IMG/VR virus record: IMGVR_UViG_2671180501_000005
DNA from: a virus
Taxonomy: Duplodnaviria > Heunggongvirae > Uroviricota > Caudoviricetes
DNA: 12,902 nt
Strand: one strand, 5' to 3'
The notes below the pieces were generated by a model. It saw only the letters and a program-made list of their open reading frames with translations. It was not told the origin of the DNA and made no database searches. This document shows, one piece after another, positions 1 to 8,321 of the stretch; the stretch's first letter is position 1; each line of letters opens with the position of its first letter. Position numbers and translations under genes: made by a program.

Positions 1-20
1 CAAGAGCCTGTCCAATGTGC

Positions 21-56
21 ATAAAAAAATCCGGAAACAAGTGAGCGTTTCCGGAT
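21..56 (-). terminator. Rho-independent terminator downstream of the portal gene
   Basis: Inverted repeat ATCCGGAAAC / GTTTCCGGAT (plus 29-38 and 47-56) with an 8-nt loop; on the minus strand it is followed by a run of 7 T (plus A-run 23-29). Confidence 0.55.
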
Positions 57-89
57 TCTTACACAGCCACTGGATCGGTCAACTGATCC

Positions 90-1337
90 TTAACTGATCG
101 GCATTACACCACCGGGACGCGGATTCATATCTTCCAGGTCGCGGCAGTCATTGGAAGAGTAAATTCCCCAGTTGATCCCGGTGGCGTAGGCTTCAAAACG
201 GGACTTCATATCCCCGCGCAGTAACGCCCCGGCGTTAAATTTGGCGTAATAAACGCCCTGCTTACTTTTTCGTACCAGTCCGGTGTTGATCCGCTGTTCG
301 ATGCGGGTCAGATACGGCACCAGTGAATAGTTGATAAATCCCAGCCCCAGCTCTTCGATATTGTTGAAGGTGGCGCGATCGGTGTTCTGCACCATGTGCA
401 ACGGCACCCGGAACAGACGACAGATTTCTTCCAGCTGAAACTTGCGGGTTTCCAGGAACTGACTGTCCTCGGCGTTCAGCGCCATCGACTTCCAGTCCAG
501 CCCCATTTCCAGAATCATCGGGCGGTGAGCATTGCCAAGCCCCGTGTGACACTCCTCAAAATCTTTCTTCAGACGCTCGTAAGCATCCGGCGTGAGCTTT
601 TGTTCCGTACGCAACACACCGGATGTCACCGCACCATTACTAAACAACCTGGCACCGTGCTCCTCGGTTGCCGCTGCCAGTGAAATGGCCTCACGCGCAT
701 ACGCAATGGGATTCAGCCCGACAAGTCCATCCAGCGTCAGGGTGCGCACATGCCAGATTTCATTCTGGGTCAACACATCCACGGAACCATCCGGAAACGT
801 CACCTGATAAACCGGCTGCCACTGGCTGTTCAGCTTCGGTTCCACACAGCCCGGATCTATCGGAAGAAGCTCCACCACTTCTCCCAGTGCCTTTACCTTG
901 TAGGCGTAAAAATTCCCCCGTAGACACAGGCAGACAATAACCAGCTCCCAGAATTCCTGCGGTGTCATGTAGCCATTAGGTTTTGCCGAAACCAACTTAT
1001 GCAGTCGTTCATCCACCGCCCGTGTTTTCAGGGTACCGCTGATTTTGTAGAGACTGCAGGGCAGCATACCAACAGACTCTGCCAGCACCCTGACGCAAGA
1101 ATAGACCGCCGTCAGGCGCATGGCCCGCTGGCTACTGATCCGCTTTCCGGTATAGGTGTCGTATGACAGCCCGATAGCATCAGCAGTTCTGCTGGCGTGG
1201 TCACCGGCACATCGCTTTTTCGTTGAAATAATCCCGAAAAGAACACTATTTACCTCCGCCGACAGACTGCCGTGTACGGTCGAGATATCGCGCCACCAGC
1301 CACGACCAGAACAGGCACAGCGCCCCGGCAACAACAA
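90..1337 (-). CDS. Phage portal protein, HK97 family; start codon uncertain
   Basis: 415-aa ORF directly downstream of large terminase with portal-like motifs ([19 protein letters not shown] near the N-terminus). The listed first codon is TTG at 1337; no in-frame ATG exists until residue 73. The 5' 92 nt overlap the small ORF 1246..1428 in another frame. Confidence 0.8.
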   Translation of the reverse strand: MLLPGRCACSGRGWWRDISTVHGSLSAEVNSVLFGIISTKKRCAGDHASRTADAIGLSYDTYTGKRISSQRAMRLTAVYSCVRVLAESVGMLPCSLYKISGTLKTRAVDERLHKLVSAKPNGYMTPQEFWELVIVCLCLRGNFYAYKVKALGEVVELLPIDPGCVEPKLNSQWQPVYQVTFPDGSVDVLTQNEIWHVRTLTLDGLVGLNPIAYAREAISLAAATEEHGARLFSNGAVTSGVLRTEQKLTPDAYERLKKDFEECHTGLGNAHRPMILEMGLDWKSMALNAEDSQFLETRKFQLEEICRLFRVPLHMVQNTDRATFNNIEELGLGFINYSLVPYLTRIEQRINTGLVRKSKQGVYYAKFNAGALLRGDMKSRFEAYATGINWGIYSSNDCRDLEDMNPRPGGVMPIS

Positions 1338-1428
1338 AACCCGCCGGGGGATAAATCAGCCAGGCACCATACGCCAGCAAAAGCGCACCCAGCACGCCCA
1401 CCAGAGGCGCGAGAATCAGCATGATCAT
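1246..1428 (-). CDS. Hypothetical small membrane protein (60 aa, two predicted TM segments)
   Basis: ATG at 1428 preceded by GAGGT at about 5 nt spacing, 12 nt after the terL stop; hydrophobic sequence [49 protein letters not shown]. No family recognised. Confidence 0.45.
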   Translation of the reverse strand: MIMLILAPLVGVLGALLLAYGAWLIYPPAGFVVAGALCLFWSWLVARYLDRTRQSVGGGK

Positions 1429-1439
1429 AATTACCTCAG

Positions 1440-3173
1440 TTAAAGCGAGCGGATCCCGTAGGACTCAATGTGGTCAGACAGCGTGTCTTCTTTCTCGTAC
1501 AGCATGGCTCTGCCAACCGCCATAATCAGCGCAACTGCACCATCGATTTTGTTTTCCGCCTGCTCTTTGACGGGTTTCACCACATCATCGTTACCCGGCA
1601 TGTTTTTGCCGACCACGTTGCCGATACACCAGGTCATGATGGGATTGCCGTCATGATGAAAACGTCCCGATTCAATCGCTGCTTCCAGCTCTTTCATCGG
1701 ATCGGACATATTGGTGAAGTTCTGGACGATAGTGACGGGATTCAGGTCTTCATCAGCAAGGTCATGTGACAACCCGGTCGCCCCGAAGGGGTCGATGGGT
1801 GACTCACTGACCGGGCTGATTTTGTTCGCCGCTTTGGCCTCCTCGAGGATGTAGCGATAATCCACCTCCGCACCATCGGTAACGGTCAGAACGCCCATTT
1901 CCACCCATTTCTGAAAGCGTTCGGCTGTCCGTCGATCTTCATTTTTCTCGACGCTGTACACCGTGTCATACGGTACCCAGAAACGCGGGGCCACACTGTA
2001 GTAATGCGTTTTACCGTCAATCTCGCGGGTATAAAGTCGCGCCATGCTGTTCATATCCAGCTTACGCGCCAGGTCAAAGGCCAGAATGCACGGCTGCCCC
2101 TCGAACTGCTCAAGGGTCAGTGATTTATCCTCGCAGCTCTGCCAGCTCACCAAGTTGAAATACGCCGAACGCGCCGACACCCAGATATTGAGGTGTTTTG
2201 TTTTAAAGACGTTTGCCAGACGGGCGTTATTTTTCGCACGCTGCTGCTGACTTAACAAAAATTCGCGATAAACCGACACGCCAATATTTGGATTGGCTTT
2301 TTCCAGCACCTGCGGGCCGGTCCAGTCGTCACCTTCATCAACGGTATAGATGATCCCGAACAGTTCATCGTTAGGCACCGAGCCGTTGAGCATCTCGATG
2401 ACTTCCCGCCGCTTGTCGTAGCACGGCCCCTCAATGTTGTACCCGGCGGTGGTGATGGCCCACATCAGTGGCTGACGTCGCGCCCCCATCCCGGTAAGCA
2501 TTGTGGTATAAAGCGCATCGGTGGCATGCTCGTGATATTCATCAACCACGGCACAGTGGGGTGATGAACCATCACCTGGGTTGCCGATCAGCGGTTCAAA
2601 CCGCGCGCCATCCTCCGGACGGTTCATGTTTGAGGCGTTAACCTCAATCCCGAACGCTTCCGTCAGCATGGGTGTGCGTTTACACATCAGTCGCGCCGGG
2701 CGAAAGACTTCCCACGCCTGTTTCTCTGTCGTGGCACCGGAATACACTTCCGCGCCAAACTCGTTATCACAGGCAAAACAATACAGGGCAACACCGGCAG
2801 AGATTGCTGATTTGCCGTTCTTACGGGGGATTTCGGTGTACACCTCCCGGAAGCGGCGCAACCGGGTGCCTTTATTGACCCAGCCAAACGCACAGCAGAT
2901 CACAAATAGCTGCCACGGCTCCAGCGTGATGGGCATCCGTTTGAATGCCCACTCCCCCTTGGTGTGCGGCAACAGCTGAATAAATTTCGCGGCCCGTTCA
3001 GCCAGGTCCTTGTCGAAGCGGTAACGAAACGACTTACTTTTTTCCGCCATCAGGTCATCAAGATGGCGCTGGCAGGCCTGAATCACAAACTGGCAGGCAA
3101 CAATCTTTCCGCGCACGACATCCCGGGCATACTGATTTGCAGCATTTACGTTGGGGTAAGATTTCCGGCTCAT
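1440..3173 (-). CDS. Terminase large subunit
   Basis: 577-aa ORF with ATG start; terminase ATPase/nuclease-like sequence; its start overlaps the stop of the upstream small terminase ORF (ATGA). Confidence 0.9.
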   Translation of the reverse strand: MSRKSYPNVNAANQYARDVVRGKIVACQFVIQACQRHLDDLMAEKSKSFRYRFDKDLAERAAKFIQLLPHTKGEWAFKRMPITLEPWQLFVICCAFGWVNKGTRLRRFREVYTEIPRKNGKSAISAGVALYCFACDNEFGAEVYSGATTEKQAWEVFRPARLMCKRTPMLTEAFGIEVNASNMNRPEDGARFEPLIGNPGDGSSPHCAVVDEYHEHATDALYTTMLTGMGARRQPLMWAITTAGYNIEGPCYDKRREVIEMLNGSVPNDELFGIIYTVDEGDDWTGPQVLEKANPNIGVSVYREFLLSQQQRAKNNARLANVFKTKHLNIWVSARSAYFNLVSWQSCEDKSLTLEQFEGQPCILAFDLARKLDMNSMARLYTREIDGKTHYYSVAPRFWVPYDTVYSVEKNEDRRTAERFQKWVEMGVLTVTDGAEVDYRYILEEAKAANKISPVSESPIDPFGATGLSHDLADEDLNPVTIVQNFTNMSDPMKELEAAIESGRFHHDGNPIMTWCIGNVVGKNMPGNDDVVKPVKEQAENKIDGAVALIMAVGRAMLYEKEDTLSDHIESYGIRSL

Positions 3174-3664
3174 GATTCGATAATTTTCAGAAACGGGTTA
3201 GTGGCTTTCTTCTGCCCCGCCAGGCCAATCAGACGCTGGCGGCTGCTGGGGTCGAGTCCGAGCATTGCCCCCGTGCTGCTCATCTCGGACTCCTGTTCTT
3301 TTTTGGCGGTCAGCTCCGGATTTTTGACCCTGCCGCCCATTGCACCGGTGATGGTGTTGCCCTGTATGGCAATATTTTTCACGGCACGTCGCCAGAACTC
3401 ATAGGCCACGCACCACCGCTCAAGTACCGCCAGGTCAGTCACGCACAGCAGGCCCTGACCGCAGAGTTCTTTGGTTGTCAGTTGCCACATGATCGTGGCG
3501 AGAGGGAGATCTTCTTCAGCGAACCACTCTGGTGGCTCAACACCTTTGATGGGCGTAAAAACAGGTTCATCTTTGTTCAGGGCTCGCTTGCCGGGGTTTC
3601 CGGCCAGCGCCTTGCGCGCCGTTGGCTTGGGGCGACGCCCGGAACGCCCCGCCGTTCCAGCCAT
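3170..3664 (-). CDS. Terminase small subunit (P27-family-like)
   Basis: The ORF track starts at GTG 3673, but ATG 3664 has AGGAG about 8 nt upstream, so 3664 is the preferred start. Basic N-terminus ([22 protein letters not shown]) typical of P27-type small terminases; stop overlaps the terL start. Confidence 0.8.
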   Translation of the reverse strand: MAGTAGRSGRRPKPTARKALAGNPGKRALNKDEPVFTPIKGVEPPEWFAEEDLPLATIMWQLTTKELCGQGLLCVTDLAVLERWCVAYEFWRRAVKNIAIQGNTITGAMGGRVKNPELTAKKEQESEMSSTGAMLGLDPSSRQRLIGLAGQKKATNPFLKIIES

Positions 3665-3785
3665 ATGCGGCACTCCTGGTTAAATTTCATTTTTCGCGGG
3701 TATAAAAAAACGATGGGGCGGGCAGTCCGGAAGACGTCAGGTCACAGGGATTTGCCCCGCCCCTCCCTACAAGTGAGAATAATTA

Positions 3786-4136
3786 TCACCGGATTCGTTC
3801 GCGCGCTGTTTTCGCTTTATGGCAGGGCCAGCACAGACTCTGCAGGTTGCTGTCTGCGTCTGTTCCGCCATGCGCTTTCGGGATGATGTGGTCGACGGTT
3901 TTCGCCTCGCTCACCACACCGACACGCAGACACAACTGACACAGACCTTTATCGCGCTTCAGAATACGGGCACGAATCACCGTCCATTTTGAGCCATAGC
4001 CACGCTGGTGGCGGCTCAGTCCGCGCTGGTGCTGCACCCAGCCTTCACCGCGATGTTTATCGCAGTAACCCGAACTGTCTGTGGTTGTACCTGCACATCC
4101 ACGCTTACGGCAGGCACGTGGGATTAGTGATGGCAT
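3786..4136 (-). CDS. HNH endonuclease (terminase-associated)
   Basis: 116-aa ORF with Cys-rich zinc-binding motifs (CRKRGC, CDKH, CQLC) and an HNH core (DHIIPKAHGGTD...N...LCWPCH); GAGGT RBS upstream of ATG 4136; position immediately upstream of terS. Confidence 0.85.
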   Translation of the reverse strand: MPSLIPRACRKRGCAGTTTDSSGYCDKHRGEGWVQHQRGLSRHQRGYGSKWTVIRARILKRDKGLCQLCLRVGVVSEAKTVDHIIPKAHGGTDADSNLQSLCWPCHKAKTARERIR

Positions 4137-4178
4137 AAATACCTCATACCCTGCGAAATGTTTACCACGATAAAAAGG

Positions 4179-4643
4179 CTACTTAATGCACTGAGTGCGG
4201 ATATACTCCTGTGCCCCTTCCAGTTGCATCTGCATCGTCATCAGCCGCTCTCTGAGGGTGAAATAATCCCGTTCAGCGGTGTCTGCCAGTCGGGGGCTGG
4301 TTGCATTATCCACGCCGGAGGCGGTGGTGGCTTCACGCACTGACTGACAGACTGCTTTGATGTGCAACCGACGACGACCAGCGGCAACATCAGCGCGCAG
4401 AGTTTCATTTTCAGCTTTCGCATCAGCTAACTCCTTCGTGTATTTAGCATCGAGTGCATTAACATCACGCTGTCTCTGCTGCATGTCAGTAATGGTTGCG
4501 TTCGCCAGCTTCAGTTCTCTTGCGTTTTTGTCGCGCTGCTCTTTGTAGGTAATGGCGTTATCACGGTAATGATTAACAGCCCATGACAGGCAGACGATGA
4601 TGCAGATAACCAGAGCGGAGATAATCGCGGTGACTCTGCTCAT
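4179..4643 (-). CDS. Rz: i-spanin Rz
   Basis: From [29 protein letters not shown] the sequence is near-identical to lambda Rz as I recall it; ATG 4643 overlaps the endolysin stop (ATGA). The listed ORF start at 4655 is probably an upstream extension. Confidence 0.9.
   Translation of the reverse strand: MSRVTAIISALVICIIVCLSWAVNHYRDNAITYKEQRDKNARELKLANATITDMQQRQRDVNALDAKYTKELADAKAENETLRADVAAGRRRLHIKAVCQSVREATTASGVDNATSPRLADTAERDYFTLRERLMTMQMQLEGAQEYIRTQCIK
4241..4423 (-). CDS. Rz1: o-spanin Rz1, embedded in Rz in the +1 frame
   Basis: 60-aa [63 protein letters not shown]: lipoprotein signal with lipobox LVVVGC and proline-rich stretch, matching lambda Rz1; lies wholly inside Rz. Confidence 0.85.
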   Translation of the reverse strand: MRKLKMKLCALMLPLVVVGCTSKQSVSQCVKPPPPPAWIMQPAPDWQTPLNGIISPSESG

Positions 4644-5137
4644 TGCTGCCCCCACAAACAGACTTCACGCTCAATCTCACGACGGGTCATCAGCCCTTTC
4701 CATTGCTTACCGCCAGCATATGTCCAGCGACGTAGCTGGTCACATGCGCCTTTGATATCGCCCTGGTTTATTTTGCGAAGAAGCGTCGATGTTCTGAAAT
4801 TGCCAGCGCCCACGTTGTAAACGAACGAGTAAAGAGCGCCGCGCGTTGTTTCCGGTATATCGACTTTGATGTACGGGTTAATTTGTCTGGCGACAGTGGC
4901 AAGGTCTTTATTCAGGAGGGCTTTGCATTCTGCTTCGGTATACGTTTTACCGAGCATGATGTCTTTTCCGGTGTGTCCGTGACATACAGTCCATACACCA
5001 ATGATATCTTTGTATGGTATGTAGCTGACACCTTCCAGACCATCGTTACCACCTGGGCCAGTGATTAACACAGATGCTATAGCAACAGCCCCACCACCAA
5101 TAGCAGCTGCAACAGCCTTGCGTAATGATGGCGACAT
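4640..5137 (-). CDS. R: SAR endolysin (phage lysozyme, R21 / rrrD-like)
   Basis: 165 aa; N-terminal Gly/Ala-rich signal-anchor-release segment ([20 protein letters not shown]) followed by a lysozyme domain; matches my recollection of DLP12 RrrD / phage 21 R. Start ATG overlaps the holin stop. Confidence 0.9.
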   Translation of the reverse strand: MSPSLRKAVAAAIGGGAVAIASVLITGPGGNDGLEGVSYIPYKDIIGVWTVCHGHTGKDIMLGKTYTEAECKALLNKDLATVARQINPYIKVDIPETTRGALYSFVYNVGAGNFRTSTLLRKINQGDIKGACDQLRRWTYAGGKQWKGLMTRREIEREVCLWGQQ

Positions 5138-5318
5138 TATTCACCTCTCGCAGCCTTACGCTTGTCTTCTCTTATTTTGAAATACAGATTTGTCAGATAA
5201 GTCAGAAGCCCCAGAAGCAGACTTCCCAGCACACCAATCGCAGCCCACTGTGATGGACTGACCTGATCCAACCACTGCAAAAACCAGTAGCCGGCACTGC
5301 CGGCGGAGGTGCCGTAGG
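5137..5318 (-). CDS. S: Holin (class II / pinholin-like, S21 / essD-like); 5' end lost in assembly gap
   Basis: Resolved C-terminal 59 aa [59 protein letters not shown] match DLP12 EssD (about 71 aa) as I recall it. About 12 N-terminal codons fall in the N run; stop TAA at 5137-5139. Confidence 0.8.
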
Positions 5319-5713
5319 NNNNNNNNNNNNNNNNNNNNNNNNNNNNNNNNNNNNNNNNNNNNNNNNNNNNNNNNNNNNNNNNNNNNNNNNNNNNNNNNNN
5401 NNNNNNNNNNNNNNNNNNNNNNNNNNNNNNNNNNNNNNNNNNNNNNNNNNNNNNNNNNNNNNNNNNNNNNNNNNNNNNNNNNNNNNNNNNNNNNNNNNNN
5501 NNNNNNNNNNNNNNNNNNNNNNNNNNNNNNNNNNNNNNNNNNNNNNNNNNNNNNNNNNNNNNNNNNNNNNNNNNNNNNNNNNNNNNNNNNNNNNNNNNNN
5601 NNNNNNNNNNNNNNNNNNNNNNNNNNNNNNNNNNNNNNNNNNNNNNNNNNNNNNNNNNNNNNNNNNNNNNNNNNNNNNNNNNNNNNNNNNNNNNNNNNNN
5701 NNNNNNNNNNNNN
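5319..5713. other. Assembly gap (395 N)
   Basis: Uninterrupted run of N; true length and content unknown. The long ORFs the track draws through it are artefacts. Confidence 0.99.
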
Positions 5714-5776
5714 GAGTCAGACATTCCCACACAATATTGTGTCAGTGCAAATAACAACCTTCGTCTCAAATCTCGC

Positions 5777-5851
<75 letters not shown>

Positions 5852-5854
5852 ATA

Positions 5855-5930
<76 letters not shown>

Positions 5931-5932
5931 GC

Positions 5933-6009
5933 TGGCCCACCACCGAGGACTCGAACCTCGCACCGTCAACTTAGAAGGTTGATGCTCTATCCGGATGAGC
6001 TAGTGGTGG
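5933..6009 (-). tRNA. tRNA-Arg (anticodon UCU)
   Basis: Minus-strand CCACCACTAGCTCATCCGGATAGAGCATCAACCTTCTAAGTTGACGGTGCGAGGTTCGAGTCCTCGGTGGTGGGCCA; perfect acceptor (with an unusual C1:G72 pair), D and T stems perfect, anticodon loop CTTCTAA. Confidence 0.8.
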
Positions 6010-6010
6010 T

Positions 6011-6087
6011 TGGTGGCCCTTGCTGGACTTGAACCAGCGACCTGGCGATTATGAGTCGCTCGCTCTGACCAACTGAGCTAAAGGGCC
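6011..6087 (-). tRNA. tRNA with CAU anticodon, most like tRNA-Ile2 (lysidine-type, ileX/ileZ-like) rather than elongator Met
   Basis: Minus-strand GGCCCTTTAGCTCAGTTGGTCAGAGCGAGCGACTCATAATCGCCAGGTCGCTGGTTCAAGTCCAGCAAGGGCCACCA; anticodon loop CTCATAA; overall close to E. coli ileX as recalled. Ile versus Met cannot be settled from the anticodon alone. Confidence 0.8.
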
Positions 6088-6096
6088 GGAGGCAGA

Positions 6097-6125
6097 ATAA
6101 TAACCATATGTCATCACATCTGCAA
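6097..6125 (-). promoter_or_regulatory. Candidate sigma70 promoter for the tRNA cluster
   Basis: On the minus strand TTGCAG (plus 6120-6125), 17-nt spacer, TATTAT (plus 6097-6102), ending about 9 nt upstream of the first tRNA. Hand-matched to consensus only. Confidence 0.3.
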
Positions 6126-6173
6126 ACTCATCTGACCACCAGCACGTTTAACGTCCTGTGCCGTTTTTCAGGT

Positions 6174-6201
6174 ATAAAAAAACCCGCTCATCGGCGGGTT
6201 T
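6174..6201 (-). terminator. Rho-independent terminator after the ORF6N gene
   Basis: Stem AACCCGC / GCGGGTT (7 bp, plus 6181-6187 and 6194-6200) with a 6-nt loop, followed on the minus strand by a T-run (plus A-run 6176-6181). Confidence 0.65.
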
Positions 6202-6276
6202 AAGCTGTGTGGCGTAGTAACCACTCTTAACAGGATATTCAACTTTTTACGATCGTAAAGTTTTCGGAAAAAATTT

Positions 6277-6846
6277 TTAAAACCGCATCAACCGCTCCAC
6301 CAGTTGCTCTTTACGGGCAACGATCCACCCGTGTTGCTCCAGATAAAATTTAAACCGTTCCAGAGTACATACCATCGCATCGGCGGGTACCTTTTCCGTG
6401 AACTCAACCTGACCGTGTTTATCGAAGTGGCTCAGTAATGCGCATCCATCATTTTCGATAGATGTGTTTTGTGCCGCTGGTGGCTGTTTCTGGTTGAAAT
6501 AACAGTCTTCCAGTTTTTCGAACACTTCCCACGCCTGATCGGTTTCGAGCATTTTGGCGTGACGGGCTGCGCCACGTTCTGTCCAGAGGATGAGGGAGCG
6601 AACGTTACGGGCAATTTTCACAGAAACTCTTAAAGAGTTTTCGTTCTTCAACTCTCGTAACGCATCACCTTCTATCAGGAAAAAATGTTTACCTTCTATA
6701 AACCGTTCTTTGTTTCGATTGAAATTGTTTGTCAAACGCTGGCGCTCTGTTCCGTACAAATCAGCCAGCAGCTCTGTTGTCATGACAGGAAGATGGTTAT
6801 GCGTAAGTGACGGGAGTTTTTCAATAGACGTGCGATTCATAGACAT
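6277..6846 (-). CDS. ORF6N-domain phage protein (cargo gene downstream of Q)
   Basis: Motifs LPVMTTELLADLYGTE, NFNRNKERFIEGKHFFL and LWTERGAARHAKML are characteristic of the ORF6N domain (recalled). Start chosen at ATG 6846 (AAAGGAC RBS, then MSMNRTSIEK); in-frame alternative ATG at 6930 lacks an RBS; the track start at 7038 is probably a non-coding extension. Confidence 0.7.
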   Translation of the reverse strand: MSMNRTSIEKLPSLTHNHLPVMTTELLADLYGTERQRLTNNFNRNKERFIEGKHFFLIEGDALRELKNENSLRVSVKIARNVRSLILWTERGAARHAKMLETDQAWEVFEKLEDCYFNQKQPPAAQNTSIENDGCALLSHFDKHGQVEFTEKVPADAMVCTLERFKFYLEQHGWIVARKEQLVERLMRF

Positions 6847-7046
6847 GTCCTTTCGAATATTTTGATTTACCCCTTTTGAGAGGGTGACCGGGCGCTCAAA
6901 ACCGTCGAAAGTCGGCGGGCGTATTTCCATTGCTGGTATTGTATTAGCCGCACACCCGGTCATAAACCAAGAATTCTGGACACAAAAAAACCACATGGCT
7001 ATCGGGTGTGGATACCGCTTTCGAGGTGTTTTGAGCACCGCGGGGA

Positions 7047-7075
7047 AATGTAAACTGCAAACCTGAAACTGTCAA
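7047..7075 (-). promoter_or_regulatory. Candidate sigma70 promoter for the ORF6N gene
   Basis: Minus strand TTGACA (plus 7070-7075), 17-nt spacer, TACATT (plus 7047-7052); about 190 nt upstream of the ORF6N start. Confidence 0.35.
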
Positions 7076-7199
7076 CACCGTCAGGTTCCAATCATCGGGT
7101 GGTGAGACGCACAGGGTTGGAACTACCGGGAAACCGACCGGCGAGCTTTTCAGCTCCCCCATGCGCCCCACCATAATTCAGATGTGCGCGTGCATACGA

Positions 7200-7225
7200 C
7201 AATAAAAAACACGCTCGCGGCGTGT
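7200..7225 (-). terminator. Rho-independent terminator downstream of Q (candidate tR-prime)
   Basis: Minus strand ACACGC-CGCGA-GCGTGT hairpin (plus 7209-7225) followed by TTTTTTATT (plus 7200-7208); about 80 nt downstream of the candidate pR-prime. Confidence 0.6.
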
Positions 7226-7286
7226 GTCTGTCGCGGTCTCTATCCGGGGTTCCAATCCCGACGCCAGATTTTGCTGGCGCGTGAGG

Positions 7287-7316
7287 AATATAGCCCCGGA
7301 CAATGTGTCTGGTCAA
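7287..7316 (-). promoter_or_regulatory. Candidate late promoter pR-prime
   Basis: Minus strand TTGACC (plus 7311-7316), 17-18 nt spacer, CTATAT/TATATT (plus 7287-7292), beginning 5 nt downstream of the Q stop codon. Confidence 0.45.
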
Positions 7317-7320
7317 GCAC

Positions 7321-7707
7321 CTACATAATTCGTTCTACGTATCTGTCCATCTCCAGCCGGATATCAAGCATCATCAACATGCCATCAATAACCCCTTCCG
7401 CTTTCTGCAGGCGCTTGCCAATACAGGTATCCGAACACCCATGTTTCCGTGCCAGACTCATAAAAGTCATTCCACCTACGTAATAATCCACCAGCAAATC
7501 GTGCAAATCCTGATTTTTCTTGTTCAACCGGGCCATACAGCCACAAATTATCATTGCATCATCATCAGAACACTGAGGGCGTGATTTCACTTTCGACGGA
7601 ATTAACCCTTTAAAACCAGCAGCGATCGACGCCCAGGATACATCTTCATGAGTGTTTGCAGCCCAAGCCCCCCACCGTTCCATAACCTGCTGAATATCAC
7701 GCGCCAT
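7321..7707 (-). CDS. Q: Late-gene antitermination protein Q (quuD-like)
   Basis: From [36 protein letters not shown] the protein matches DLP12 QuuD (about 127 aa) as I recall it. ATG 7707 has AGGTGA about 5 nt upstream; the track start at 7728 is a likely over-extension. Confidence 0.85.
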   Translation of the reverse strand: MARDIQQVMERWGAWAANTHEDVSWASIAAGFKGLIPSKVKSRPQCSDDDAMIICGCMARLNKKNQDLHDLLVDYYVGGMTFMSLARKHGCSDTCIGKRLQKAEGVIDGMLMMLDIRLEMDRYVERIM

Positions 7708-8068
7708 CGTTATCACCTGTGATTTCATAAATCTTCACGCCCAGTCGCCCACCAGGAACGAGCTGACCGCGCACAATATTGATTTCATCAAACTGCTCGT
7801 CGTCTATGAGTAGTCCGGCATGCGTCAGCGCATCCAGTGGTGCTTTCAGGATATTGTCCAGGTCACGACGGCGCTTATCCGGTGGCTCTGCAATAATCTT
7901 TATCGCCAGCCTTCCGGACAGGTTTAATTTCAGCCGCTGCTGGCGAACAATTAGCGTCACATCACGGCGATAACGCTCACCAACTTTTGATACAAAATAT
8001 GTGCTGCCACGACGTCGCCAGTAAGTATTCACCGTCGGCGGATAAGGTAAAATAAACTCATGGCGCAT
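7697..8068 (-). CDS. rusA: RusA-family Holliday junction resolvase
   Basis: 123 aa with conserved RusA motifs ([31 protein letters not shown]); position between the replication genes and Q as in lambdoid nin regions. Confidence 0.85.
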   Translation of the reverse strand: MRHEFILPYPPTVNTYWRRRGSTYFVSKVGERYRRDVTLIVRQQRLKLNLSGRLAIKIIAEPPDKRRRDLDNILKAPLDALTHAGLLIDDEQFDEINIVRGQLVPGGRLGVKIYEITGDNDGA

Positions 8069-8310
8069 CAGCGCAGCACCTCCTGCACCATTTTTTCAAA
8101 CTTTCCAACTTTGGTTTCCAGCTCTGCCACACAATCAACGAGCTCATCCACCGCTTTTTGTGCGCGATGTTTCGCCTGCATCAGTTCCCTGAGCGCTGGC
8201 ACCATATCCCGACGAATGGCATCTTTTGTTACACCTGTTTTTTCCAGTTGTTCCGCCTGTCGCAACATTTCCTGCGCGTGTTTACGCAATTGTTCAGAGG
8301 TAAAAGTCAT
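8068..8310 (-). CDS. Hypothetical phage protein (about 80 aa, predicted helical)
   Basis: ORF between helicase and rusA; track start is TTG at 8325, first ATG is 8310 (MTFTSEQLRKHAQ...), weak RBS. Stop overlaps the rusA start (TGATG). No family recognised. Confidence 0.4.
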   Translation of the reverse strand: MTFTSEQLRKHAQEMLRQAEQLEKTGVTKDAIRRDMVPALRELMQAKHRAQKAVDELVDCVAELETKVGKFEKMVQEVLR

Positions 8311-8321
8311 TGTCTGGTTGT

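Noticed and set aside
396-940. Plus-strand ORFs antisense to the portal gene (396..683, 592..807, 668..940)
   Set aside because: Same reasoning: antisense to a confident CDS, Pro/Ser/Arg-rich low-complexity translations.
2581-3404. Plus-strand ORFs antisense to the terminase genes (2581..2979, 2672..2878, 2964..3404)
   Set aside because: They lie entirely within well-supported minus-strand genes, have no RBS or recognisable domains, and have the composition of antisense frames.
5137-5769. Long minus-strand ORFs of 210 and 176 aa (5137..5769 and 5202..5732) in the six-frame track
   Set aside because: Both are made mostly of X translated through the 395-N gap; only the holin C-terminus (5137..5318) is real coding sequence.
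6847-7038. N-terminal extension of the ORF6N ORF (track start at 7038)
   Set aside because: It overlaps the candidate promoter and leader; the internal ATG at 6846 has a good RBS while upstream candidates do not. An in-frame start at 6930 cannot be fully excluded.
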